From positions 41,180,982 to 41,244,937 of the forward strand of contig NC_068984.1 in assembly GCF_001194135.2 (NCBI RefSeq): a DNA stretch of 63,956 nucleotides, in the 5' to 3' direction. The DNA comes from Octopus bimaculoides. Taxonomy: Eukaryota. The translations under genes were made by a program, and so were the position numbers. Below, one piece after another: positions 50,408 through 63,465 of the stretch. Position 1 is the first letter of the stretch, and each line of letters begins with the position of its first letter. The notes beneath the pieces are model-generated. The model saw only the letters and a list, made by a program, of their open reading frames with translations. It did no database searches and was not told where the DNA came from.

Positions 50408-52279
50408 TAGAGCGCTAGAGGAGTGAGAAAGAGAGGGAAGTGGAAAGATAGATGGGGTGAGAGCAGGGACAGAGAATGAAAGCAGAAAACGGAAAGAGGA
50501 AGTGAGAAATTTCCATTCCAAAAAAAAAAAAGGGTGACCGAGAGATTACTCTTTTGAGCATGATATTCACCCAAGTGGTGTAACCAGTGTGTGCCACCCG
50601 GGGCCACCTTTGAGTTTACTCTCCCCCGTAATACAGCCTACACAGGTAGACCCCAAAGTGACGCCTTCATAAGAGCGTCGCCCAGGGCGGACCACTCACA
50701 CACACACTTACACATACTTAGCTACGCTACTGCTTAATCCTAATATAAATCATAGATATGTTGGTTATACCTTGTTTGGATGTGATGGCGTCAAATTTAA
50801 TAGATTAGTAAAAGATAATTATTGTTGATGCTGTTTTTTTAACAGTTGTATTTCTTTTTTTGTTTTGTTTATTACACTGTTTTCTTTCAGTCTCAAATAC
50901 CATTCTAATGCGTAATAGAAAATCTGATAAGCTACAGAAATACTCTGACTAAATCGGATGTTGATAAGACAGCAGGTGCTTGTTTTGTAATTAAGTTACG
51001 GATGGTTGTATCGTTTGGATGCCGGACTACTGGTCAGAGAATCAGGGATTTGCATTCATTCAATCAGGAATGTGTTTACGGACAAGACATTTAGCTCTCG
51101 TTAGCTTAAACTACATATCCACTGCTGCTACTGCTGCTGCTGCTGCTGCTGTTGTTGTTGTTGCTGTTGTTGTTGTTGTTGTTGTTGCAGCTGTTGTTGT
51201 TGTTATAGTTGTTTTACCTTCTTGAATCAGTGTGGATTGATTTGACCTATGATCAGAGGCATTCCAGCCGTGAATATTCTGTCTTATGTATATCTAGGAT
51301 TATATTAGCTAATATATTCCTTATTTATGTATTGAATTTATTTATTTATTCATTCATTCATTTGGACGGTGGGGTGTGATGTGAGGGAATTCGGTTGCAT
51401 TTCTAGTTAGTCGAGTGGTCGTTTTGAGATTCCTTCGTTGGCTCGTTCACCTATCTATGGGCTCCATAAGTAAGTGCGGATAACTGCTGTGGAACTGTAG
51501 ATTAATTAATCATTCATTCGTTTTTCACAGAATTAAGTTCAAAACAGAGCTGATACGAGCTCGAAGTAGAGTTAATATAAACGAAGACATGGTTTCTACT
51601 GGGGGATAGCCTGTACTTTTTCTTGTATTTCACCATTTTCGGTGCTGCCATGTTGATTTAACATAAATGTTGAAAACCAGTTATATTCAAAATTAAAGAA
51701 AACAAACGCGCTGGAATAAAAATAGACTTTATTTATAATAGAATGGAAATAAGTTGCCAACTGTTAGCTAAATGTCTCTTTCGCGTATATTATACATTCT
51801 CTTTCGCACGTTTGTGTGTGCGTGTATAAATATGTTTAAACACAGGTGTGTAACTAAATTATTAAAATAGATTACATATCTTGTAAGAGTGGGCGAGATG
51901 ATCCGCACAGGTCTAGACAATATTTTTTAAAGCTGCAATTAGTTAAGTCCAATGACCACCAAATAAACCTCACGTAGATCATCTCTAACTTCCTCCCAAA
52001 TTAATTTTCAAACCTTATTGCAATGAAGAGTGCTAAAGGTCGTTCAACTGTCAACGCTAGCATTTTAGCATCAGCAAATGTGATACAAGAACCAGTCACA
52101 CGGTGGATATACTTCCATATTGTCTTCCAAGAGAATTAGTGGGTGAAGATAAATGCCTCATAAATTTTGCGGCCTGTAATGACGATAAAGCTTTTGCTCT
52201 CTGGAAAATACATTAGTTTTAATGGAGGTGTTGGTATTCTTTGGGGCTGAAAGAATATTTTTGTGGTGTGTGCATTCTA

Positions 52280-52344
52280 AATTGCCCAAAGATGGCGCCC
52301 ACAACCGATGACGTGTCAAAAGGCAAACATGGGCGAAAGTAAGC
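52280..52344 (+). promoter_or_regulatory. Candidate housekeeping-type start / first coding exon
   Basis: aaagATGGCGCC (YY1/Kozak-like) at 52292, a TGACGT site, and donor AA|gtaagc at 52338/52339; would encode MAPTTDDVSKGKHGR. The product is not recognised. Confidence 0.35.
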
Positions 52345-52385
52345 TTCCTATGATTAAGTATGGAAATTGTAACTTACTCTCCCAC

Positions 52386-52536
<151 letters not shown>

Positions 52537-52844
52537 ATGTGTGTATATGTATTTATATCTATGAGATGTTCGATATACATATGTATGTATACATGTGTAC
52601 ATGTGTGTGAATATACATACATATATAAAGTAAACTAAAGAATGAAGAAGGTGGTATTACGTTTTTTAATCACTGATGATCGTTTCATTAATCAGTAGAA
52701 TTTTTTTAACACCAACGACGACCATTTGTAAATTAGTCTGTAGACATGATTAATAGAACTTTCATTAAATAACGTATTTAAAAAATCACTCCTTTCTCAC
52801 CCATAGACTAATAAGGCCGGTTTCCAGGTTTTCGTGGCGTATTT

Positions 52845-53064
52845 ATTCTTTACTCTTTACTCTTTTACTTTTTTCAGTCATTTGACTGTGTCCATGCAGG
52901 AGCATCGCCTTTAGTCGAGCAAATCGACACCAGGGCATATTCTTTGTAAGCCTAGTACTTATTCTATCGGTCTGTTTTGCTGAACCGCTAAGTTACGGGA
53001 TGTAAACACACCAGCATCGGTTGTCAAGCAATGTTGGGGGGGACAAACAGACACACAAACATAT

Positions 53065-53118
<54 letters not shown>

Positions 53119-53285
53119 ATGACGGGCTTCTTTCAGTTTCCGTCTACCAAATCCACTCACAAGGCTTTGGTCGGCCCGAGGCTATAGTAGAAGACACTTG
53201 CCCGAGGTGCCATGTCGTGGGACTGAACTCGAAGCCATGTGGTTCGTAAACAAGCTACTTACCACACAGCCACTCCTACACCTAT
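52845..53285 (-). mobile_element. SINE family B, full-length well-conserved copy
   Basis: Tail at 52845-53060, internal (CA)/(TA)n, head at 53120-53285 ending cagccactcctacacct. Confidence 0.95.
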
Positions 53286-54565
53286 TTAAAGTGATTATTG
53301 AAACAATCATCAGCGATTAAAAAATTCCTGTTTACTTTCACATTCGACGATGATAGTACCAACCTCATGATTCGTATTTTCCCAGGATTTACTGTTTGTG
53401 AGGAATGTTATTTGGATTAACGGAATATTTTTTTACTGATTTCTTTACCTATATATTCTGTTGAGCAAGATCTCTTATTGAGTGCTGACTCGGTATTCAC
53501 CTAAATTCTCTGTGTACCTATTTCCTTAATATGCATGTAAATAAAATATCTAATATATATATATATATATATATATANNNNNNNNNNNNNNNNNNNNNNN
53601 NNNNNNNNNNNNNNNNNNNNNNNNNNNNNNNNNNNNNNNNNNNNNNNNNNNNNNNNNNNNNNNNNNNNNNNNNNNNNNNNNNNNNNNNNNNNNNNNNNNN
53701 NNNNNNNNNNNNNNNNNNNNNNNNNNNNNNNNNNNNNNNNNNNNNNNNNNNNNNNNNNNNNNNNNNNNNNNNNNNNNNNNNNNNNNNNNNNNNNNNNNNN
53801 NNNNNNNNNNNNNNNNNNNNNNNNNNNNNNNNNNNNNNNNNNNNNNNNNNNNNNNNNNNNNNNNNNNNNNNNNNNNNNNNNNNNNNNNNNNNNNNNNNNN
53901 NNNNNNNNNNNNNNNNNNNNNNNNNNNNNNNNNNNNNNNNNNNNNNNNNNNNNNNNNNNNNNNNNNNNNNNNNNNNNNNNNNNNNNNNNNNNNNNNNNNN
54001 NNNNNNNNNNNNNNNNNNNNNNNNNNNNNNNNNNNNNNNNNNNNNNNNNNNNNNNNNNNNNNNNNNNNNNNNNNNNNNNNNNNNNNNNNNNNNNNNNNNN
54101 NNNNNNNNNNNNNNNNNNNNNNNNNNNNNNNNNNNNNNNNNNNNNNNNNNNNNNNNNNNNNNNNNNNNNNNNNNNNNNNNNNNNNNNNNNNNNNNNNNNN
54201 NNNNNNNNNNNNNNNNNNNNNNNNNNNNNNNNNNNNNNNNNNNNNNNNNNNNNNNNNNNNNNNNNNNNNNNNNNNNNNNNNNNNNNNNNNNNNNNNNNNN
54301 NNNNNNNNNNNNNNNNNNNNNNNNNNNNNNNNNNNNNNNNNNNNNNNNNNNNNNNNNNNNNNNNNNNNNNNNNNNNNNNNNNNNNNNNNNNNNNNNNNNN
54401 NNNNNNNNNNNNNNNNNNNNNNNNNNNNNNNNNNNNNNNAGAAACAGGAGTGTATAGCAGTGAAGTAGAAGTTAGAATAACAGAAAGAAGCAGAGCGAGA
54501 CGGGGAGATGGGTAAGAAGAAAAATAGATAGGTAGATAGAAAGATAGAGGAAGACAGATAGATAA

Positions 54566-54598
<33 letters not shown>

Positions 54599-54697
54599 CA
54601 GACAGAGTCACGTCAGAATAATAAAGCATAGTCTTACTTGCAAAATGGACGTGTGCGTTCAATGATGTAATAATACAAAAAATATATATGCATGTAT

Positions 54698-54745
<48 letters not shown>

Positions 54746-54783
54746 GCTTGATAATGTTTTTGTTATGATATAATATAACATAC

Positions 54784-54915
<132 letters not shown>

Positions 54916-54988
54916 TGCAAGTATGTACTACCACAGTTACTGTAATACTTATTAAATATATTAGTTTACAGGCTCTTCAGTATGAAAC

Positions 54989-55090
54989 ACTTTCTGAAAC
55001 GCAATTTTTAAGTCTACAGTGCTAATTACTGTGCATTACACGCATGCACGCACACCCACGCACACACGCACACAGACACAGACACACACA

Positions 55091-55123
<33 letters not shown>

Positions 55124-55132
55124 GCGCACGCA

Positions 55133-55201
<69 letters not shown>

Positions 55202-55261
55202 ATATATATATAATACATGCTAACTAGCTTTTTCAGACTTAAAAATTACGTTTCAGAAAGT
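54989..55261. repeat. ~50-bp inverted repeats enclosing a (CA)n tract (MITE-like)
   Basis: actttctgaaacgcaatttttaagtct... on the left versus rc actttctgaaacgtaatttttaagtct... on the right. Confidence 0.75.
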
Positions 55262-55682
55262 AAGTAAACTTATTGTAAACATACTGTAAAATCTAGGCTT
55301 GTATACATGGGTGGAGCCATGATTTTGACTGAGGGGTTTCATACTTCAACAGAAGTATGTATTGACGTCAAATTTGCGTTTGTGAGTACATGCACATGTA
55401 AATTACATATACGTACAAGGCACAGTGGTGTTCATTCGAACCTGTCGAGACCACACCGGTGACAGCGTTTGCGATATATAATTAGGTTTGCATCATCACA
55501 TTATTTGGGTAACTGCATGAAATCTAACGTATGCATTTTGATTCATCAAACGAACCTATCTCGGCAGGCTTGTAAATGAGCCTGCGAAACTTTAAGTTGC
55601 ATGGAGCCGAATCATAATGTTATTAAATAATATATGTAACTCGTACCAAATGGATGGAATGCCACTCTCGTTTGTCCACTTA

Positions 55683-55746
<64 letters not shown>

Positions 55747-56337
55747 CGTGTGTGTGTATACATGTATATGTATCTATATATGTATGTATGTGTGTGTATG
55801 TATGTATAACATTTAGTATATTTTAGTCGTGCCTGTCTCATCTCTTGAATTTTGCCTGTGTTCATGGGGCTATTAAGTATCTGCGTGAAGCAGTGATGAA
55901 AAATAAACAAACTTTATATCAGTTCAAATTCGTCTGGAACATATGTCAACTTGAAATATGTCCCCAAAATATTTGAAATGATGTAAAATTTATGCACAAA
56001 TATTCACACACACATACATACATACATACATATATACATACATACATACACACATACAGGTGTGTGTGTGTGTGTTTGTGTGTGATGTGTGTGAGAGAGA
56101 TATATGTGTGTGTATGTGTGGGTGCGTATATGTGCGCGTGTGTGGGATCAAAAAAACTCTAAAAAGACTAGTGTTGATCTGCGTCGACAAGACTTGTATT
56201 ATTTTGTAAAATCAACAAAAATAGTACAGTAAATCTACGATGGAGAGTGGAAAATACTACGTTTCGGGCAGAGTCTTTTTTCAGGGACGCTATGGCTCAG
56301 GTACAAGGACACACTGAAGTGTAATCTTTCGGCAGTC

Positions 56338-56643
56338 ATTGTTGTTGTTGGCACTCCGTCGCTTACAACGTCGAGGGTTCCAGTTGATCCGATCAACAGA
56401 ACAGCCTGCTCGTGAAATTAACGTGCAAGTGGCTGAGCACTCCACAGACACGTGCACCCTTAACGTAGTTCTCGGGGATATTCAGCGTGACACAGTGTGA
56501 CAAGGCTGACCCTTTGAAATACAGGCACAACAGAAACAGGAAGTAAGAGTGAGAGAAAGTTGTGGTGAAAGAGTACAGCAGGGTTCGCCACCATCCCCTG
56601 CCGGAGCATCGTGGAGCTTTAGGTGTTTTCGCTCAATAAACAC
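56338..56643 (-). mobile_element. SINE family C (head lost in gap)
   Basis: Near-identical reverse complement of 23740-24048, with a (CAA)n tail. Confidence 0.95.
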
Positions 56644-57328
56644 NNNNNNNNNNNNNNNNNNNNNNNNNNNNNNNNNNNNNNNNNNNNNNNNNNNNNNNNN
56701 NNNNNNNNNNNNNNNNNNNNNNNNNNNNNNNNNNNNNNNNNNNNNNNNNNNNNNNNNNNNNNNNNNNNNNNNNNNNNNNNNNNNNNNNNNNNNNNNNNNN
56801 NNNNNNNNNNNNNNNNNNNNNNNNNNNNNNNNNNNNNNNNNNNNNNNNNNNNNNNNNNNNNNNNNNNNNNNNNNNNNNNNNNNNNNNNNNNNNNNNNNNN
56901 NNNNNNNNNNNNNNNNNNNNNNNNNNNNNNNNNNNNNNNNNNNNNNNNNNNNNNNNNNNNNNNNNNNNNNNNNNNNNNNNNNNNNNNNNNNNNNNNNNNN
57001 NNNNNNNNNNNNNNNNNNNNNNNNNNNNNNNNNNNNNNNNNNNNNNNNNNNNNNNNNNNNNNNNNNNNNNNNNNNNNNNNNNNNNNNNNNNNNNNNNNNN
57101 NNNNNNNNNNNNNNNNNNNNNNNNNNNNNNNNNNNNNNNNNNNNNNNNNNNNNNNNNNNNNNNNNNNNNNNNNNNNNNNNNNNNNNNNNNNNNNNNNNNN
57201 NNNNNNNNNNNNNNNNNNNNNNNNNNNNNNNNNNNNNNNNNNNNNNNNNNNNNNNNNNNNNNNNNNNNNNNNNNNNNNNNNNNNNNNNNNNNNNNNNNNN
57301 NNNNNNNNNNNNNNNNNNNNNNNNNNNC

Positions 57329-58555
57329 AAAACGTAAATAGCATGAAATACAAAAACAAAGCTGGGTACGCAAACAATGAGGGAAACAAATGGAAAACAA
57401 AAGAAGTAACATAAAGAACGACCCTTCATCAGTTGTCAGCTGTCCATCTACTCCTAATTTCGAGCACTGAACGATAATGTGAGAGTTGGAAGGCAGTTGC
57501 TCCCACAAAAGCCAAAATAAATTTTGAATTTTGCGGAGGGTCAAAGTTGGTAACAAAAACAGGACAGTGAAGACATACAAGGAAACCGAACGAAAACAAA
57601 CATGGAGAGTCGTTAGACTAGACGAGGTAGAGTAACGAACGCTGGGGAAATATTGTTTTTGACAAGAGAAAAGATAGAAGAGGAGACAGATAGAAATACG
57701 TGTAGTCTGTGCGACAGCGCCGAAGGAAAAGAAAGATGGTCATGCGAGGAAAAGAAAGATAGACGATGGTCCCGTGTGAGCAACGAGAGGGAGAGTAAAA
57801 GAGAAAGGGAGAGAGAGAGAGAGACAGATAGAAAACGGTGAAGGGGAGACAAAAGAATTAGAAAAAGGATGAGTGATAAAACGAAAGGGGGAGAGAGAAA
57901 AATAATGGGTAGAGTCGCATCAAAAATATATTACGATAAACATACTTAGAAATAATACACATATATATATATGCATATATACATGCATATATGTACATAC
58001 ATATATATACATGCATATATATATATACACACACACACATATGGGTACAGGACATCACAAAACGTAAACAACATGAAATACGAAAACAAAGTTGGGTACG
58101 CAAACAACGAGAGAAACAAATGGAAAACAAGAGAAGTAACATAAAGAACGATCCTTCATCAGTTGTCCGGTGTCCATCTACTCCTCATTTCGAGCACCCA
58201 ACTTTGTATTCGTATTTCATGCTGTTTACATTTTGTGACATCCTGTACCCATATATATATATATATATATATATAATTCATATTATTACTTGATTGCACG
58301 CAACACATCCATCTCCGAGTAAGTTTATCTTAATATATTTTTGATGCGACTCTACCCTTTACTGTTCTCACTCCCACTTTTCGTTTTTTCTCTCATCCTT
58401 TCTCTAATTCTTTTCTTCTTCCCTTCACCGTTTTCTATGTCTCTCTCTCTCTCACTCTCTCTCTCACTCTCTCTCTCCCTTTCTCCTTTACTCTCTCTTG
58501 TTGCTCACACGTGACCATCGTCCATCTTTCTTTTCTTCATGTGATCATCTTTCTT
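57329..58555. mobile_element. Repeat family P: tandem copies plus inverted arm forming an ~830-bp fold-back
   Basis: Arms 57729-58097 and 58196-58555 are reverse complements around a 98-bp loop; 57329-57480 and 58043-58195 are direct copies. Confidence 0.85.
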
Positions 58556-58585
58556 ATGAAGATACCTAGCTAGCTAGCTAGCTAG

Positions 58586-58642
<57 letters not shown>

Positions 58643-60039
58643 AGAGGGGGAGAAAGAGAGAGAAAGAGATGGCGAAATAATCATTGGAGTTGCTTTACCC
58701 CATGCAGAATCTGCAGCAGCTACTCAGATGTTTTGCAGACTCTTCTAAATCCATCATATCTGCGCTCAAACTGAGCAATGCAAGTGAATCTGACTCACCT
58801 TCCCAGAGGCGATAGCAGTGTTAGCAGTCCAACCAGACATGTTCCGGTCTCCAGGAATACAAAAAAAAAAAAAAAAAAAAAAACAATCATCGTGGTCGAA
58901 CTTATAGAGAGTACAGATTTGATGTTTGTCACCAACTAAAGAAAAGCAAATATGAAGTTTTGATTGACAAGGCCCTTTTCAAAAGATGACATGCGGTCTC
59001 ATTCCGTACTGAAGTCAGCCGCCGAGGCTTTTCAGCGAAGTCATTGCGCATATTTCCAGCAGGAAACTGGTCTAGAACTGAAACATCTGAAAAGAAACCA
59101 CCAAAGAGATAAGCATTGTAGGTGAAACCAGTTCAAGATAGCTTTGATTAGTAAGAGACCGCAAGTGGAACCCTTATGCAAGCGAAGACAAATTCACTAC
59201 TCGCTGCCCCACTCAAGCGAAGTGTACAGGCTAAGGGGCGAAATGTCTCTGACCCTGAGATACTTTCAGACGATACAGAAGAGTTTCCAACGTTGCGATA
59301 GATTTAGAAGAGCTTAGAAAACTTCTGAATAGCTCCTGCAGTTCCTGTGTGAGGCAAAGCATCTCTGATGTCTATTTCACCTAGTGTATATATATATATG
59401 TATCTATAACACATGTGTGTATAAACCGGGGCGTTAACGAATTTATTGTATATTTTGTTTATACTATAGACTAACATCCAGGTAAATAAAATTCTCTTTT
59501 ACACGGAAAAATATTGCGAAATAATGTCAAGTATGTGCTTACATATTTAAATTAGTTAACATAAAAGTTGTTTATTTCACAAATCTAACAACACTCAAGT
59601 AAATTCCCTTGAATCATGTAATATGCCATTGTATGTATTCTACTTCCGCTGCTCTGGCCAAAGTAAACAAACATATTTCCTAAAATTATTTCAGTTTATT
59701 TATCCTTCACCTTTAGTCTTTCAATGAGAGCCCAGATTAAATTAGAATCGCATATTCCACCGACCAATGATAATTCTTCTCATTACAGTAACCAATAAAA
59801 CTTTTCAGCGCTCTTTTGCTAAAATGGCTTACAAGTTCTGCCTTATTTATAAAATTGTGGGTGGAAAGTGAGAGAGGAATGTTGAAAAATGAAAACATGT
59901 GTGTGCTAGTATATTTTTATTCACTTTCTCAACGGCCTTGTTAATGTTTACATTCACACATGTTTAAATCATAATATATCTTTTCAAACCCATCTGTTCC
60001 TATCATGCTTTCAGAATAATTAAATGAAGAGGAGAGCGA

Positions 60040-60083
<44 letters not shown>

Positions 60084-61599
60084 GAAAAAGAAAGAAAGAT
60101 AGATAGATAGAAAGATGTATCAAATTAACAATTGTTTGTAAATGTCACGAATCTTTGATATCTGATTATGCACACACTCCCCCCCCCCACCACGTACACA
60201 CACATATTCCTTATGTAGTTTGAATTTTACCAGAAAACTGATTCCAGACAAGGAAACAAAGTAAAAGAAACAATGTAAATATAGAAATAAAGCAAATCCC
60301 AAATTAAACCATTACGATAATGCTCTTCATTAACAATTTTCTCATATTGTAAATATTTGGCGTTTTTTGCAGATAATTTTCAGATTTGGTTAAATTTCAG
60401 GAATTTATGAGTATTCAAGCGAACGCATTTGTATGTATGATTTTTGTATGTTAGTGTACACTTGAGTATATCTTTTTAAAATACGTATAACAGGCTGTAA
60501 GTTTATCAGATGAATGGCTATAACTTATAACTTATACAAAGAATAACCCTAATTTATCATATAATGTTACTGTCGTATCGTGCTGAAATAATCAAATGTA
60601 ATAATCAAGTGCTGTAGTCGCTTGTTGTCCTAAACTAGTTTTGGTCAGTTTATATATATAATGCTCCTATAAGTTGCGTAACAATGACATCAGTGTTAGT
60701 TCTTTTAAAACTGAACCCGCTTTTTTATTGTCCCTCATAAGCAACCCACGCTAGTTATTATTGGTGGACGTTGTCAGCGACGTATGTAGTTCTTTCATTT
60801 ATCAACGTTACTACAGTTACAAATGAAGAAATTTACCAAATAATCATTACAAAGACCTTATCTTCAAAAGTTGTGTCAAATCCAGCAGTGTTGTATGCAT
60901 TTTATCTGTGATAGCTGGGTTAAGAACTTGTATGATTTGAACAGACGCTCTCACGAGCTGGCAGGAATAAGTGAATGCATAGAGAGTTGCCTGAGAAGCA
61001 GGTTCTTCGACTGCCACAATTACAAAAGCAGAGCAATCTCGTGCAAGAAGTTGCAGTGCTGACACACACTGATTTTTAAATTTACTTTGATCTTTTCTCA
61101 GAGCAAATAGATGTTTGGTAAAGGTTATATTATAAGGCTTTACAAAAATGGCTTCAGATAAGTTCAGTAACTCATCTACTCATACAATGTGCAACGTGAT
61201 TTTAAAAATTTGCAGTGTTATATTATTTACCCGAATATGTGGTTTGTTAGCATCTGTAATAACATTGGAGAGTGCGGTGGAAATCAATGAATGTTCTCTG
61301 CCATTTTCGCCATCTGATTCTGTCGTTGACGAATTTCATTCAAATCTATTGAGCTTCAAATATCTTTCCATTTTATGTTATTCAGTTTAATGAGATTTTA
61401 TAAGAAGCAAAAGAACTTTATTTGACTGATTAATAGAACATTCGAAACGTCATGTTACATATACTGATCAGGTGACCAGATGGGTAGTGTAACCGCTTCT
61501 TGAACAGGAAATTCATTCTCAACTTGCGTGATAGTTTGTTTGCTTTGCCTAGATATGTAAATTGCTGTTGCTGTAAATGTGTAATAGTTATGTTGCTTC

Positions 61600-61775
61600 A
61601 AGTTCTGGGTTCAAATCCTGTCAGGGTTGGCTTTGCCTTTCATACTGCCGGGGATGACATTGCCTTACATACTTCGGGGGTTGAAAAAAGAAGTACTCGA
61701 AAAGTACTGAATTTGACTTTATCCTTCTTCAAAATCTGAGACTTTGTACCTATGGTAGAAATCAGCTGTCACCAT
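61600..61775 (+). mobile_element. Diverged SINE family A
   Basis: ttctgggttcaaatcctgtcagggttggctttgcctttcatac...aagtact. Confidence 0.6.
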
Positions 61776-62234
61776 TCTTCTGGGTTCGAAAACAAATTAG
61801 TAAGGATAAAGTGTTAGAGCCAATCTAATCGACTATACCTTCCAACAAAATTTGAAACAATGTCCCTATATTTAAAAATCATTATTGAAACGTAGTTCTG
61901 ATCAGATATACAAAAATAAATTTATGGCGCAGAAGTTTGAGATCAAATATTTGGGAAAGCAACTAGTAGAATCAACATCCTGAATTCTATGCTTGTATAA
62001 TATTCAACTTGTTAAAATACTTTTCTTTGTTTTTATAATGTTCGGTGTTCGCCCATCGTTCAGATCAGGGCAGTTCCAAAGAATTTTAAAGTTTTGAGAC
62101 ATCTGGTTTCCATTTTAAGGAACGTAATAAGTTTGTTTACGGATATTTGGGTGTTAGAACGAGTCGAGTGACTATATATATAGAAGTTCTTAGTTGGTTT
62201 GAATGTGCGTATGCGAAAGACCTGCTGATATTAG

Positions 62235-62235
62235 A

Positions 62236-62317
<82 letters not shown>

Positions 62318-62320
62318 GGT
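62235..62320. repeat. (AGT)n(GGT)n microsatellite
   Basis: Direct trinucleotide runs; source of a poly-S ORF. Confidence 0.95.
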
Positions 62321-63117
62321 GTCAGTGTCAGGAGGTTAGTCGGTACTTTTTACCCCAGTACTTAACTAACACTTTATTTTATCAACCCCGAAAGAATGAA
62401 GGACAAAGCACAGGATACCTTGTCCTGGCTTGTCTCTGGATCATGTCATTTGGATGGAAAGGGTCTATGAGGTGTTGTGCAAGCCTTATTGGACCTAAAA
62501 TTCTAGGTTGTTGGATCTAAAATCGAGGCAACTACTGATGCCCGGTCGAGCAGCTGGGCACCTCGGCAAGCATGGAAGCCGCGGGCGCGAACTCGGGTGA
62601 AGCTGACTGCTGGAACCCGGTTGAAGCCGACTGCTGGTGCAATAACCTCATGCACGGACATTGCTGGTATTTTACATGGGCAATGGTCAGTGATGGTCTT
62701 TCTTGGTCACGAATGAACGACCAAGACAGAGATGTATGTATGTATGTATGTATGTATATATGTATGTATGTATGTATGTATGTAGTTATGTATGTATGTC
62801 ATTATTCAGTTTTATTTCAAGATAGAAGCACATATATATGGAGGTGAGTCTTATGCCTATAGATTCGCACGTGCATCCTTGGGCACTAGGGCATATTTGC
62901 GTATGTATTTACATAAAAAAAAGAGTGGCTACATGCTATACACGCATGCTCAGTCATAGCATATAAACATTTATTTGCGTGTATGCTGTGTGCGCATATA
63001 TGTTGTTACTGCGGTTATGAAGTGTGTGTACGTGTGTGTGCATGAGTGCACGAATGTGTATGTTTACTGTGACGTAGACCAACAGTTAACAATCCCAGCA
63101 CCAACTATCCACTGAGA

Positions 63118-63465
63118 CAGTGCTTCTCAACCGGGGTCCATATAAGGATCCATGTATTTTTAGGGATCTACGCGACAAAATAGTAAATTTGGGAACCTGA
63201 AACAAATTTTAAGCCCCCCCCCACCTAAAATTTTTTTACTTTAGATTGATATTGATATGTATTGCAAGAAACAGCTTAGTCTCTTTCTCTAACATTTTAC
63301 GTAGTTCAACCTACACAAGCTAGTTTGTGAAAAACAAAATAGGAATTTCGAAAGAAGTTTCTGTAAGACTAGTCTTTAAACATCGAATGGCTATGGGGAT
63401 CCACCAGAATAAAATATTAATCGAAGGGGTCCATAGTTAAAAAAAAAAATCATTAAGAACCCCTG
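63118..63465. mobile_element. hAT-type MITE (~350 bp) with TIRs and degenerate 8-bp TSD
   Basis: TIRs CAGTGCTTCTCAA and rc CAGGGGTTCTTAA (10/13); flanks cactgaga (63110-63117) and cactatga (63466-63473). Confidence 0.8.

Noticed and set aside
56256-56285. Second hammerhead (minus: CTGAAAAAAGACTCTGCCCGAAACGTA)
   Set aside because: Three G-to-A changes would be needed to restore the core and stem II, and stem I does not pair. At best it is a decayed fossil.
58150-58195. Type-II hammerhead in family P (CGAAA … CTGATGA order; also 11405-11450 and 57422-57468)
   Set aside because: No stem I or stem III hairpin can be formed between the motifs.
58800-58850. L1/Tx1 zf-RVT motif (HVWLDC)
   Set aside because: It is a single short motif interrupted by a stop, with no upstream CxxC.
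60941-60975. hAT dimerisation motif (IPASS*ERLF) on the minus strand
   Set aside because: Too short, contains a stop, and has no supporting context.
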